Of a stretch of DNA of 64,000 nucleotides, positions 51,709 through 64,000 are shown one piece after another. Each line of letters begins with the position of its first letter. Positions within the stretch are counted from its first letter, which is position 1. Below the pieces are notes generated by a model, which worked only from the letters and a program-made list of their open reading frames with translations, did not search any database and was not told where the DNA came from. Both the position numbers and the translations under genes were made by a program. Source of the DNA: Sphyrna mokarran (taxonomy: Eukaryota); the NCBI GenBank assembly GCA_024679065.1, contig JAGIQG010000001.1:154442001-154506000 (forward strand), in the 5' to 3' direction.

Positions 51709-52329
51709 TTATCTGACTCATCCAAAGATTAATTGAATGAAATGCTAAGCATAATCTACATAATGTGAAAAAAGTAAAATTATCTGAGAAGTCAAGGTGA
51801 ACTTGAACTGTAGTCTAAATCCAGCTGTAAAATATATAAATCTGCTTGAATTTACGACTTAGTCAGTTGTTATAACAACTACTGAACAAGCAAAGATTAT
51901 CTTGCGACTAGTATCTTCCAATATACTGTATGACTCACACTGAAGGTATGTCTTACCCAATCTCTGTAAGGAAGTAAATAACTATGGGTGAAATTTTGAA
52001 TACATTCTGTGGAATGTCAGCACACAACCAAAGTGATCAGATGAGCTGCTGAGATATTCATCTACATTGTTCTCACCACATAATTTTTGCTGAGGCTGTA
52101 GACTGTAAAACATAGGAACAGGAACCAACATGTCCATCAGTTGAAAAGTTAATCTGATAATCCTTTTCTCCTTCAATCTAATTCATATATTGGCTTTTTA
52201 TTCATTTATATTAATCAAATTGGTATGAACAGTTTTAATTTTTTTACAGCTGTGGTTTTGGAAGATCTAAGTTCTTGTAAATTCTCAGTCCTGACATCTT
52301 TTCCTGAGTTAGATGTCAGGGTCCTCCAA

Positions 52330-53450
52330 TCAGATTTTCGCTCTTGCCACAGTATTGAAATGGCTCCTATCAAAGTTACAAATAACATTCTATAGGACGG
52401 TGACAAAGATAATCTAACTTTGTCCTTTTTGATCTGTCTGCAGCTGTTGTGGTTGACCACAGCATCCTCTTCCAACGCCTGTCCACTGTTGTGCAGCTGG
52501 GTGGGACTGCACCCATATACCCAGGCAAAGTCGGGAAATCACCTGCAATGCTTTTCTTCACATTCCTTCACTTAACTCTGGTATCCCACAAGTTTTTGTC
52601 CTTGGCTCTCCTCTCTTCTTTCTTATCTATGTGCTGCCCTTGATGATGTTGTCCAAAAACACAACATCCATATCTTCATATATGCTGACAACACTCAGCT
52701 ATATTTCAGTATTATCCCATTTCTAAATTGTCTTGCTGCTATGTCTGACATCTAAACAAGCAGTAATTTCCTCTGGTTAAATATTGGGACGATTGTAGCC
52801 ATTGTCTTTGGTTATCGTCACAAATTCTATTTGCTTGCCTCTGTCCGTCTTTATGAAAATTTTCAGGCCGGATCACTTCACAAGCTAGGGGTCATATTTG
52901 ATCCCAACATGAACACAGATCCATGACATCACTAAAACTGCTTACTTTTAGGTCTGTAACATGCCCATGTGCCTTCCACAGTTCATTTGCTCTGATTGCT
53001 ACCTTTAGACTTGATTATTTAAAGTAGCTCATATTTGGCCTCCCACATTTTACCCTCTGTAAACTTGAAGTCTTCCAATATTCTGCTGCACATGCTCTAA
53101 CTCTCACCAAGTCCCATTCACCCATTACTGCTGTGCTTCCTGACCTACTCTGGTTCCAGGTTAAGAAAACCCTTGATTTCAAAATGTTCATCCTTCTTTC
53201 CAAATTCTCCATGGTCTTGCTCCTGCATTCTGTATTCTTCAATAATTCTAGAGCCTTGAGCAACCCCACTTTTAATTGCTCCACCATTGTAGCCATGTTT
53301 CAGGTTGTCAAGGCCCTGAGCTCAGGAATTCTTTACCTAAGCCTCTCTACCTCCCTTTCCACCTTTAAGATGCTGTAATATCTCCTCACGTGGCTTTTGT
53401 GAGGCACCTTGACACATTGTTTTATCATGCAAAAGATGCTTTACAAAAAC
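52330..53450 (+). mobile_element. L2 LINE RT-to-3' fragment
   Basis: HSIEMAPIKVTNNIL, DLSAA..VDHSILFQRL, YADNTQLY. Confidence 0.85.
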
Positions 53451-53794
53451 AAGACTAGAAATTTAATTTATTTTGTTAGCAACACTCCTACGAATGATTT
53501 CTGGAGAAAATTATTGAAAACTCCTTTAAAAAAGGGAGCTCAAAGAAATGTAAATGCAGAACAGAATAAGGATTTGCAATGAAGGTTTAGCTTTTAATTC
53601 TACATTTGGATATGACAAAACAAAATAATTTAATGATAGTGTTGAATTAGATGTTGATTTGTCATGACAAATTTCTTTCCACAATGAATATAATTTATGA
53701 TTTCCTGTTTTTAATAAATTATGGAGATCCTGGCACTTCCCCAGTCTGGGAGTCCATGAAATGACTTCTTGATGGAACTACTCCAGATGACATT

Positions 53795-54570
53795 CAACAA
53801 CTTGTATTTATATAATGCCGTTAACGTTTTGTAAATACTCCAAGATGCTTCACTGCAGCATTATAAAGCCACATTAGGTGATATCATGGCCAAAAACTTG
53901 CTCAAAGAGCTAAGGAGCATCCTAAAAAAGGAAAGAAAAAGAAATTTAAGGAGAGAATTCTGAAGCTTAGGGTGCAGGCAACTGCAGACATTTTCATCCC
54001 TTGTGGAACATTTAAAACTAGAGGTACTTGAGGCCAGAATATTTATATATAACCAAGAGTTGTGGGACTTGAAGATAATACAGAGATAGGATGGACGTGG
54101 CCATGGAAGTATTTGAAAATTGAGATGAGAAATTTCAGATTGAGGCATTGCTTGACTGGGAGCTAATACAGGTCAGCGAGCACATGGGTTATGGGTGAAA
54201 AATTCTGTGTACTGAAGGACAAAGGCAAAAGAACTTCAGAAGACTTCAGGTTAACAGAGGATAGAATGTGGTAGGATTGCCGTGTGTTGGAATAATCAAC
54301 TGCAGAGGTAACTAAGGCATGAAGCAGGGTTTCAGCAGCAGATGAATTGAAGCAAGAGTGAAGATATGTGATTTCAGTGTTAGAAATAGATGGTCTTTGA
54401 GGTGGCATAGATAAAGCTCATTTCATAGCCAAATATGGCACCAATGTTGCAAACAATCTGATTCAGCCTCTGACAGTTGCCAGAGAGAAGAAGCTTAGGT
54501 AGAGGGTGGAGTTTGTTTTGGGGGACAGCATTGGTCCTGGTCTTCCTCACATTTAACTCAAGTCGATTTT
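53795..54570 (-). mobile_element. L2 LINE 3' fragment
   Basis: AAETLLHALVTSAVDYSN, SPITHVLADL. Confidence 0.82.
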
Positions 54571-54954
54571 TGCTTGCGCTGTATCAGACCACTCCACATC
54601 CCCAATGGTCAGTGATGTCCAAAACAATTTCAAATTTAATACAGCCTTAATATACACAGAGGCACTGGGACAAGAGTTTTGAGCCTGTGCTTCCCCTTCC
54701 ATATGTTGGTAGACACAATATTAAACTACCCTTCCACAGTAGCGTAAATATCCAGTATCCTTCCTCGATGAGCAACACTGTGTGGTTTGCAAAGGCCCCG
54801 AAGGAAATTTACTCCACCTAAGAATGGTATTTCATTCATAAGAATTAAAAGGAGTGAATGAATTTATTTAAAAACAAATAAAAACAACTTTTACAAAACT
54901 CTTATTACTTCATTAATTTGGAAGACTCAATTTCAGATAATCTGTGAGAATCTA

Positions 54955-55452
54955 TATTGGCCATGCTAAATTCTCCCCCAGTGTAACCACACTGCTGCCT
55001 CACAATGCCAGGGACTTGGGTTCAATTCTGGCCTTGGGTCACTGTCTGTGGAATTTGCTCATTCTCCCTGTGTCTGTGTGGGTTTCCTCTGGTACTCCAA
55101 TTTCCTCCCACAGTCCAAAGATGTGAGGTTAGGTTGATTGGCCATGCTAAATCGACCCTATTGTCAGAGAATTAGCGGAGTAAAATACACAGGGTTTTGG
55201 GGATGGGTCCTGGGTGGGATTGTGGTCAGTGCAGACTCGATGGGCTGAATGGCCTCCTTCTGCACTGTAGAGATTCTATTCTATAAGTGTGGCAACTAGT
55301 GGATTTTCACAGTCACTTCATTGTTAAAGTTAATGTTTATTTATTAATTATAAGTAAGGCTAACATTACACTGTAATGAAATCACTGTGAAATTTCCCAT
55401 TGCAGTATTGATGTAAACCTATTCGTGACAATAATAAATAAACTTTAAAACT
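54955..55452 (+). mobile_element. Nested V-SINE cluster
   Basis: L2-tailed SINE split by a CR1-tailed SINE (~54989-55284) and by an inverted L2-type tail (~55324-55397). Confidence 0.8.
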
Positions 55453-55699
55453 TCTACTTTCAGTAAACTTTTAAGACTTCAATTGAGTTCAATACAAAAA
55501 ACAGTAGTACTACCAACAAGGGTGAGAAATGGCTGGGACAAATTACAATTCACTTTTAAAGCTAATGTATGGGTAACAGATCATTTTTACTCATCTTCCA
55601 AAAGAAACAAGAAGGTAACCCAGAAATCAATCCTTTGACCAACCAAACAAACTAAATCAAATTAACCAAGGGAACAACGCAGAAATGAGAGAATGCAAG

Positions 55700-56300
55700 G
55701 AGTGGGAGGCAGATTAGAGCTTGGTGGGCTGGACAGGGTTAAAATGAGCTGAGGTGTTCCTGTTGAGCCAGTTACACCTGTGAGGGAAAGCTTGACAATG
55801 GAGTCGAGTTAATGGCTGAGAGAGACACGCTTGGTGCTGCCACACAGGAGAAGTTCTTCGGCTTTTCTGAGAGGGGGAAGCAGATAATTTGAAGAAAACA
55901 ATTAGAAACAAACTTTGATGAAATTTGGAAGGAATTGTTGAAAATGTGGTAAGTCAGCCCGCGCTCGTGCACTCATTGTCTTGCTCCTTACTTTTTAAAA
56001 CATGGGAGTGAAGGTAGCGGTTTGTTCCTCGGGCTGTACCGAGGAGGTGGGTTTGGGAAAGTGTTGGACCTGGACATTTTTGTTGAGGCGAGTTTTCTTT
56101 GTTCCCGGTGTGTGTGTTTATTTGGTGGAGGGAAGGAGGGGGAAAGGCGCGCACTCCCCGGGGTAAGAGTCCAGGATTCAGAGGGATTGGATTGTGGGTG
56201 AGGCAGAGCCAGGCTTTGAGAGAGAGGCACGAATCAGGATTTTGTTTCTTGGAATACTTTTTTAAAATTGAAAATTTGAGGTGGTGACCGTCCCAAGGCT
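55700..56300 (+). promoter_or_regulatory. Candidate promoter and first exon of an unidentified transcript
   Basis: Unique, locally GC/CpG-enriched; consensus donor tg|gtaagt at 55949. Confidence 0.35.
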
Positions 56301-56514
56301 GTTTTTTTTTTAAACTGCAATTTTATGCCTGACTGGAGGACAAATAACAACATCCACTTATTAAAAGTCTCTGGAGAAGAACAAACAGCATTCAGTTATT
56401 AAAAATGTCAATGCCTCCCGCCCCCTTTATTTACATTTAGGAATCTGGTGATGGCAGAGTGGATTAAAAACAGCGAGTTGAATCATTTTGTGGTAGGAAT
56501 TCTATAGTAAATAG

Positions 56515-57970
56515 ACAAATAGAAACCCTACAATGCAAAAAGAGGCCATTTGGCCCATCCCGGCAACTAAGAGGCAATTTAGCTTGGCCAATCCATCTAA
56601 CCTGCACGTTTTCGGACTACGAGAGGAAACTGGAGCACCTGAAGGAAACCCACACAGACATGGGGAGAATATGCAAACTCCGAAGAGACAGTGAGCTGAG
56701 AATCAAACCCAGGTCTCTGAAGCAACAGTGCTAACCTCTATGTTCCAATGCTGCCCTGATGTCCAAAGATGCACCTTAGGTGAATTGGCCATAATAAATT
56801 GCTCCTTAGTATCAAGGGTGATTAGCAGGGTAAATTTGTGGGTGTACAGGAATAGTGCCTGGGTGGGATTGTTGTCAGTGCAGATTTGATATGCCAAATG
56901 GATTCTTTGATTTTATAAACAGTTATTGTGTGCAGAAATCGCTCCAGTTTCTAAATACTTTGCATTGAGCAGTCCAGTGCAACATGTCATAGAAAAGAAT
57001 TTCTATAGTGCAGGAGGCTATTTGGCCAGTGAGCCTGTACTGACCACAATTGCACCCAGGCCCTCTTCCTGTAACCCCACATATTTACCCTGCTAACACC
57101 CTCTGACACTAAAGGGCAACTTAGTACGGTTAATCTACCTAACCCTCACTGGACTGTGGAGGAAACAGGAGTACTGGAAGGAAACCCATGGAGACACAGG
57201 AAAATGTGCAAACTCCTCACAGAAATAACCTGAGGTTGGAATTGATCCCAGATCCCTGATGCTGTAAAGCAACATTGCTAACCACTGTGCTGCAAATGAT
57301 TAGTTTATTAATATTTACATCCATCTGTCTACTTTTTTATGATTTTTGTTTTACAAAAGGTATTGCCTAAACGTTAAATATTTGATGACAAATGTGTTTG
57401 ATTTCATGACACTATTGAATCTGCACTGGCTGTTGTTCCTAATGACAAGGGGTGGTTTGGGCAGGGGTGGTCACTTAGTTAATTGTTGGCTTGTGAGACA
57501 TAGAAGATGTTCTTGTTGGGCTATATAAGTCAAATTGTTTTATATGGTGAGGTGATTCGCTGTGGCAGTGGTATGTATTGCAAATAGAGTGTTTAACCTT
57601 ATCAGTAACATTGTTTAAATTGTGAAGTATGTATATGTTTAGCATTGCCATCATTGAAACTTTAGGCTCCCAAAATTGCACACAAGCCTAACTCTGAACC
57701 TGTTCACTCTGCTGCCTCACGATATTAGGGACCTGGGTTCAACTCCTGGCTTGGTTACTGTGCAGAATCTGCACATTCTCCCCTAGTCTGCATGGGAGCG
57801 GCTCCAGTTTTCTCCCACAGTCTGAAAGACATGCTGTTATGTGCATTGGCTGTGCTAAATTCTCCTTGGTGTACTTGAACAGAATGTGACAACTCGGGGG
57901 ATTTTCACAGTAACTTCACTGCAGTATTAATATAAGCCTACTTGTGACACTAATAAAAAAAACAAACTTA
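56515..57970. mobile_element. Cluster of V-SINEs (56515-56745 -, 56755-56910 +, 56988-57292 -, 57700-57970 +)
   Basis: Head, core and tail motifs as in other copies. Confidence 0.8.
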
Positions 57971-58529
57971 CAAATCTTACAGTGAGTTAATTTGGAAATG
58001 TTAAGTATAGCAAAAGGCTGTATTATCGTTTGTTTCTTTATACTAAAATGGTTTATGCACACAGTCTGTCAGTGAAAGTCTTTGTTTAATGTCTCATTCT
58101 TTTGCACCAAAACCATGCTGGTTTATGCATGCAGCACAGAGCCTGTGAGTCTTGGTACAGTATCTCATCTGACTTCTAACAGCAATGTGGCTTGTGCTGC
58201 TATGTAAAATGAGTTTGAATATACAAGCTGGGCAACTATTTAAAGGAAGGAAAGATGGAAGTCAGACAGAGCCCAAATGCAAACTACTAAACTGTTTAAA
58301 AGGTCACATGGTTCTTGTAGTTCAGCTGAACAAATTTATGTAAACAGTCTCTAATGGTACAGTAATTGTTTTTTCATTCAAGTTTCTGTAGTCTTAAGAT
58401 GTATAACACTACAATGAAATGACACGAAGCCATTAATTTATAAGGGTGCTTTTTTCTGTCAAGTTCAATTACAATTCGTACAAATGAAATAACTCATCAT
58501 AGTTGAACATAACATGGCAAGGCAGTCTC

Positions 58530-58955
58530 TCCCTTCAAAATGTGTTCTGCTAATCAATATCCAGCCTCAGTACACTTTCCTGCCTGCTGTTCATAAAGTC
58601 CTGATCCTATAGTTCAACAGTCTGTCTAGCTCAGCTTTGACTATATGTGGAGATTCCACCTCCATAGTTTTCTGGGATAAAGAATTCCAAAGATTCACAA
58701 CCATCAGAGAAGGAATTACTTCTCTTTCAAGATGAGGATAATGTGGCACCTATCCTTATTTTGAATATGTATACAAATGTAGTAAAAATATTCTGAAGTT
58801 AGTTGTAGGTTCCCCAGTGAGGCAAAAATCCTCTCAGCATCTTCCCTATCAAGCCCCCTTAGAGATATGATATGTTTGAATAAGATCACCTCTCATTCTT
58901 TTAAATTCCAAAAGGTTTAAGCCCAAACTGCTCAACATTTCCTCATGAAACAACC
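58530..58955 (-). mobile_element. CR1 3' fragment
   Basis: agaattccaaagattcacaacc, taagatcacctctcattctt. Confidence 0.7.
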
Positions 58956-58959
58956 GGTC

Positions 58960-61790
58960 AGAGTGATCAAAGCATGGTCTTTATGGAGGCCAAGTCCCAT
59001 CTTCACAATCCCTTCATTGTGTTATGTGGTACTGTCACTGTGCTAAATGGGATTGATTTAGAACAGATCTAGCAATTTGACTAGGAAACCATGATGCAGC
59101 AATAGAATTGTAGTCAACCACACTCTAACCTAATAACTTGGCATATTCTCCCATGACCTGGGAATCCCCCACTCTACTATTACCACCAGGCCAGAGGATC
59201 AACCCTGCTTCATGAAAAGTACGGAATAGTATGCAGGAGCAGCACCAAGCACGTGTAAAAATGAAGTGTCAACTTAATGAAGCTACAACATTGGGCTACT
59301 TGCATGCACAGCAGCATAAACAACAAGTGACAGAAAAAGCTAAGTGATTCCACAACTATTAGATCAGAACTAAACTCTGCAGTCCTGCCACATCCAGTTG
59401 TGAAAAGTTGAGAACAATTAAACCATTCGCCAAAGGAGTCTCCATAAATATCCCCATCCTCAATGCTGGGGAAGCCCAGCACGTTACAAAAGATAAGGCT
59501 GAAGCACTCGCAACAATCTTCAATCAGATGTACCAAGTGGATGATCCACCTCAGCCTACAACAGAGGTTCCCAACACCTTGGATGCCAGTCTTCAGACAA
59601 TTTAATTCATTCCACGTGATATCAAGAAACATCACAAGGTACTGGATACTGCAAAGGCTTTGGGCCCTGATGATATTCCAACAGTAGTACTAAAAGACCT
59701 GTGCTTCAGAACTTAATGTATCCCTAGCCAAGCTCTTTCAGTATAGCTTCAACACTGGCATCAAGCTGGCAATGTGGAAAATTGCCCAGATGTGTTGTGT
59801 ACATATATGCAAATGCAATTTGGCCAATTGCTACCCGAGCAGTCTACACTGAGTGAAACAATGGAAGGAGTCATCAACAGTGCTATCAAGCAGCACTTGT
59901 TTAGCAGTAACCTGCTCAGGGGTGTTCAGTTTTGGTTATGCCAGGGTTCTCGGCTACTAACTTCATCACCGGCCTTGGTTCAAACATGGACGAACCAGCT
60001 GAACTCTAACAGTGAGGTGAGAGTCACTGTCTTTCACGTCAAGGCAATATTTGACTGAGTGTGGCATCAAGGAGGCCCAGCAAAACTGGAATTAGTGGGA
60101 GTTGGGATAAAAATTTTCTACTGGATGGAGTCATGTCCACAACAAAGGAAAATGGTTGTTCTTGTTGGAGGGCAATCACTTCAGTTCCATGACATCACTC
60201 TTTTCTTTTAACTCCTGTAGTGTTATTTAAAGACCTTCCTTTGATCATAAAGTCAGAAGTGAGGATGTTTGTTGTTTGTATAATGTTCAGCATTCATAAC
60301 TCCTTAGGTACTAAAGCAGTCCATGTCCAAATGTGGTAAGCCTTGGACAATATTCAGGCTTGGGTTTGACAAGTGGCAAGTAACATTTGTGTTATACAAA
60401 TGCTAGGTAATAACCATTTCCAACAAGAATCAATCTAACACTTGCTGCTTGACATTGAATGGCATTACCATCAGTGAATCCCTTACTTTCAATTTAATAT
60501 TGATCAGAAACTGAGCTACACCTGCTTTGTAAATGCTTTGGCTACAAGAGCAGGTGAGAATCTAGGAATCCTGCAATGACTAACTTGCCTCCTGACTTTC
60601 TAATACCTGTCCACCAGGTATGGACCAAAAATATTGGTCCATAAAATTATTTCCTATATCTGTTGCAGTGGGAAGAATAGGAAAGCAAAATATTTTAATG
60701 GAGACTTTAGAATGTTTTTGTTACAGAAGATCTGGATATCCGAAGACATGAAGTACAAAGAGTTAGAATGCAGGCACAGTAGAAGACAAAATTACAAGGG
60801 AAATGGAATATAAAAGACTTGCTAGAATTGTACATGGCACTGGTGATGTCTTGGTCTATTTCTAAAAAAAAAGAGGGGATATACTGTGAACTTCCACTAT
60901 TCACAGAAGGTTCACCAAGTTGTTTCTTGAATTAATTCATAGGATGTGGGCATCCCTAATTGCCCTTGAGAAGCTGGTAGTAAATTGCCTGCTTGAATTG
61001 CTGCAGTCCATGAATGTAGATGTATTGCAGTTGGAAGGGGGAGGGAGAAAACAGAAGTTCCAGAATTTCAACCTAGCAACAGTGAAGGAACAGCAATTTA
61101 TTTCGAAGTCGGGTTGTTGAGTGGTTGTGCTCCCACGTATCTGGTGTCCTTGTCTTAAGTGATAGTAGCCACAAGTTTGGAAAGTACTATTTAAAGTAGC
61201 CTAGATTGCATCTTGTCAATGGAACGCACTGCTGCTATTATGTGTCGGTGGTGTAGGGAATGGATGTTTGTAGATGGAGTGCTAGTCAAGTGGGGAGCTT
61301 TCCTGGATGCTGTTGAGCTACCCGAGTGCTGTTGGAGCTGCACTCATCCAGGGAATATTTTGTATTTACCTGGATGAGTGCAGCTCCAACAGCACTCGGG
61401 TAGCTCAACAGCATCCAGGAAAGCTCCCCACTTGACTAGCACTCCATCTACAAACATCCATTCCCTACACCACCGACACATAATAGCAGCAGTGCGTTCC
61501 ATTGACAAGATGCAATCTAGGCTACTTTAAATAGTACTTTCCAAACTTGTGGCTACTATCACTTAAGACAAGGACACCAGATACGTGGGAGCACAACCAC
61601 TCAACAACCCGACTTCGAAATAAATTGCTGTTCCTTCACTGTTGCTAGGTTGAAATTCTGGGACTTCTGTTTTCTCCCTCCCCCTTCCAACTGCAATACA
61701 TCTACATTCATGGACTGCAGCAATTCAAGCAGGCAATTTACTACCAGCTTCTCAAGGGCAATTAGGGATGCCCACATCCTATGAATTAAT
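58960..61790 (+). mobile_element. LINE (same family as 47330), interrupted by an inverted duplication
   Basis: KDKAEALATIFNQ, VRVTVFHVKAIFD; reads to 60616 and resumes at ~61353 to tail caattagggatgcccacatcctatgaat. Confidence 0.8.
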
Positions 61791-62097
61791 TCAAGAAACA
61801 ACTTGGTGAACCTTCTGTGAATAGTGGAAGTTCACAGTATATCCCCCTCTTTTTTTTTTTAGAAATAGACCAAGACATCACCAGTGCCATGTACAATTCT
61901 AGCAAGTCTTTTATATTCCATTTCCCTTGTAATTTTGTCTTCTACTGTGCCTGCATACTAACTCTTTGTACTTCATGTCTTCGGATATCCAGATCTTCTG
62001 TAACAAAAACATTCTAAAGTCTCCATTAAAATATTTTGCTTTCCTATTCTTCCCACTGCAACAGATATAGGAAATAATTTTATGGACCAATATTTTT
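60627..62097. repeat. Long near-perfect inverted repeat: arms 60627-61352 and 61369-62097, 16-nt spacer
   Basis: Direct reverse-complement comparison; mirrored ORFs 60920+/61601- and 60707-/61817+. Confidence 0.97.
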
Positions 62098-62204
62098 CCA
62101 CTCACTTAACCTCAGCACTTATCTCTGTGGCACTCCACTAATTAAAGTTTGCCAACCTGAAGATGACCCATTTATCCCGACAAACTTCTTAGCTATTGTA
62201 AGAG

Positions 62205-62455
62205 GCAGCATATTGGTAGAGTGGTTAGCACTGTAACCTCACAGTGCCAGGGACTCGGGTCCGATTCTTGGCTTAGGTCACTGTCTGTACAGAGTCTGTA
62301 AGTTCTCCCTGTGTCTGCTTTGTTTTCCTCTGGGTACTCCAATTTCCTCCCATAGTCCGAAAGAGCTGCTGGTTAGGTGCGTTGGTCATGCTAAATTCTT
62401 TCCGTGTACCTGAACAAGCACGGGAATAATGTAAGCCTACTTGTGACACTAAAAT
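62205..62455 (+). mobile_element. V-SINE with L2-type tail inside a minus-strand CR1 remnant (~61790-62600)
   Basis: gtggttagcactg...gggtccgattc; flanking MGEGEPVGVMYIDFQK. Confidence 0.8.
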
Positions 62456-63859
62456 AATGTTACTACCAACACCATCAAATCTTACTTTGTATGGTAACGT
62501 TTTATGTGACACCTTCTGAAAATCAATATACATTACACCCACTGGTTCTCCTTCACCCATCTTGCTTGTTGTATTCTTAAGAGAGCTGTAGTGAATTTGT
62601 AGGAAAGGAAAATCGTGTTATAATTTAATATGGCTTTTACAATTTTCTAATTGTGGTACATGTACTTTTTTGATAATGGATTCCAGAGTTAAGCAAGAAT
62701 TATCTTGTGTCTTTTACTCCTGACTCTGTAACTACTTGACAATTTTATGAACGAGATGTCCACACCCAGCAGAGTTAACATGTGATGAATTATAGCTAAT
62801 GCCATAGAAACTATGCCTGCCTGTCAAGATGCTGTATTACCACTTATTAAAATCTCATTGTTCCTGCCATTAATATAAATCCTTTTATAGAAGGATTAGT
62901 TCCTTCCATTTTGAAACTTGGAGAGCAGTCTCAAATTTAAACCCAATGGTTTAAAATTGTGTACTACACAAAACTGACCAAAAACACTACGTTTTGGAGG
63001 AGTTAACATTTAATTTAAATTGAATTAAGTCAAATAATAACATGTAATCTAACATTTCACTACACATTCTAGATGTGACATTTGTGAGAAAAATAAGTGT
63101 CTCCTGGTATTCCCACAGAATAGTCCAACTTCATTTGTACTGTAATTTCCCCAAATGATGAGTTCCTGAAGACGGCGATGCCAAATCATTCTATCTCACT
63201 CGCTGGGATTATCAACACGCCTGCTTCAGTTGTGACATTGATTCAGCAAAAATTAAGTGTGAATTTGGTGATTTTAAATGTCACTAAAACCAAGGACTCA
63301 AACTGAGATTTAACAGTTAAGTCTTGTTATCATTGAAACAATATCTGCAGACTTTAAGTCAAAACTAAATTTAGATTTCATTTATTTATTATAGTTTCCC
63401 TGAAACAGGTTAACTGCTGTGTAAATAAAGTAGGGAAAAGTAGCAAATTGGGTACATTGTTCACAATGTATTATATTCACACAGGAAAGATTTCTCCCCT
63501 AGGTTGCGTCTTCGGCACCCATCTTTCAACACAAATCATACACGTTCATTTCTTAAAATTGTAGTGTTCTTGAAATAGCTGTCTTTAAGATGAAACCATT
63601 TTGGCCGTGGTCCTAAATTTGAATAGCAGATGCTGAACTGTAACTCAAACTTTCAAATAGCTAGCCCACAGCTTCATGACATTTGCATGTGCTGATTTCA
63701 GAGTTTATATGATTTCACACGCACAGTTTCTACTATCTGTTTCACATATTGGTTTCCTGCATTGACAGCAGTCATTTTACATAAAAGTGGAACCTTTTCA
63801 AGCCACCAAAATAATTGAAATCCACGTGCTGAGTACATACCTATCCATGGTGCATGTGC

Positions 63860-64000
63860 ATCACTTCTTGGCCTTTTGGCTAAGATCAAGCGTAGGATCA
63901 AGTCCGAGATCAGATGTAATGCCTATTCTTGTCAGCTTGGGGCTCTAGTAATTGTGTCTAGTGGGGACCATGAATTGGATTCATTTCAAATTGGTTTTGG
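63860..64000 (+). mobile_element. U2 snRNA-headed short repeat (copy 2, runs off the window end)
   Basis: 63860-63895 atcacttcttggccttttggctaagatcaagcgtag matches U2 nt 1-36 with 3 mismatches, then non-U2 body. Confidence 0.78.

Noticed and set aside
60627-62097. Foldback/DNA transposon with long TIRs
   Set aside because: Arms consist of old LINE and CR1 remnants collinear with flanking sequence; no TSD or transposase.
63155-63250. C/D box snoRNA candidate (atgatga ... ctga)
   Set aside because: No properly spaced terminal D box or closing stem.
63860-63895. Functional U2 snRNA gene
   Set aside because: Only nt 1-36 are present; no Sm site or 3' stem-loops, and CpG-decay substitutions.

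Overview
Vertebrate genomic DNA, almost certainly an elasmobranch (shark), judged from its HE1/V-SINE, Deu-SINE, CR1, L2 and Penelope repeat content. The one clear protein gene is SETD7 (SET7/9 lysine monomethyltransferase) on the + strand: 8 coding exons from 6368/6371 to 40717, all introns GT-AG, 366 codons from the second ATG, with a CpG-rich promoter and a repeat-free 3' UTR. The rest is mostly decayed retroelements, so most ORF-track entries are spurious or LINE remnants. Most notable: (1) two copies of a short repeat headed by the 5' end of U2 snRNA and sharing a non-U2 body (23290 and 63860); (2) a near-perfect ~1.47 kb palindrome at 60627-62097 whose breakpoints can be reconstructed; (3) a V-SINE subfamily whose 5' head lacks box B; (4) a degenerate tandem array of PBX/PREP-type decamers upstream of the SETD7 promoter; (5) a candidate first exon of an unidentified gene near 55.8 kb. 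Repeat boundaries were read by eye and are approximate; exon boundaries are exact.
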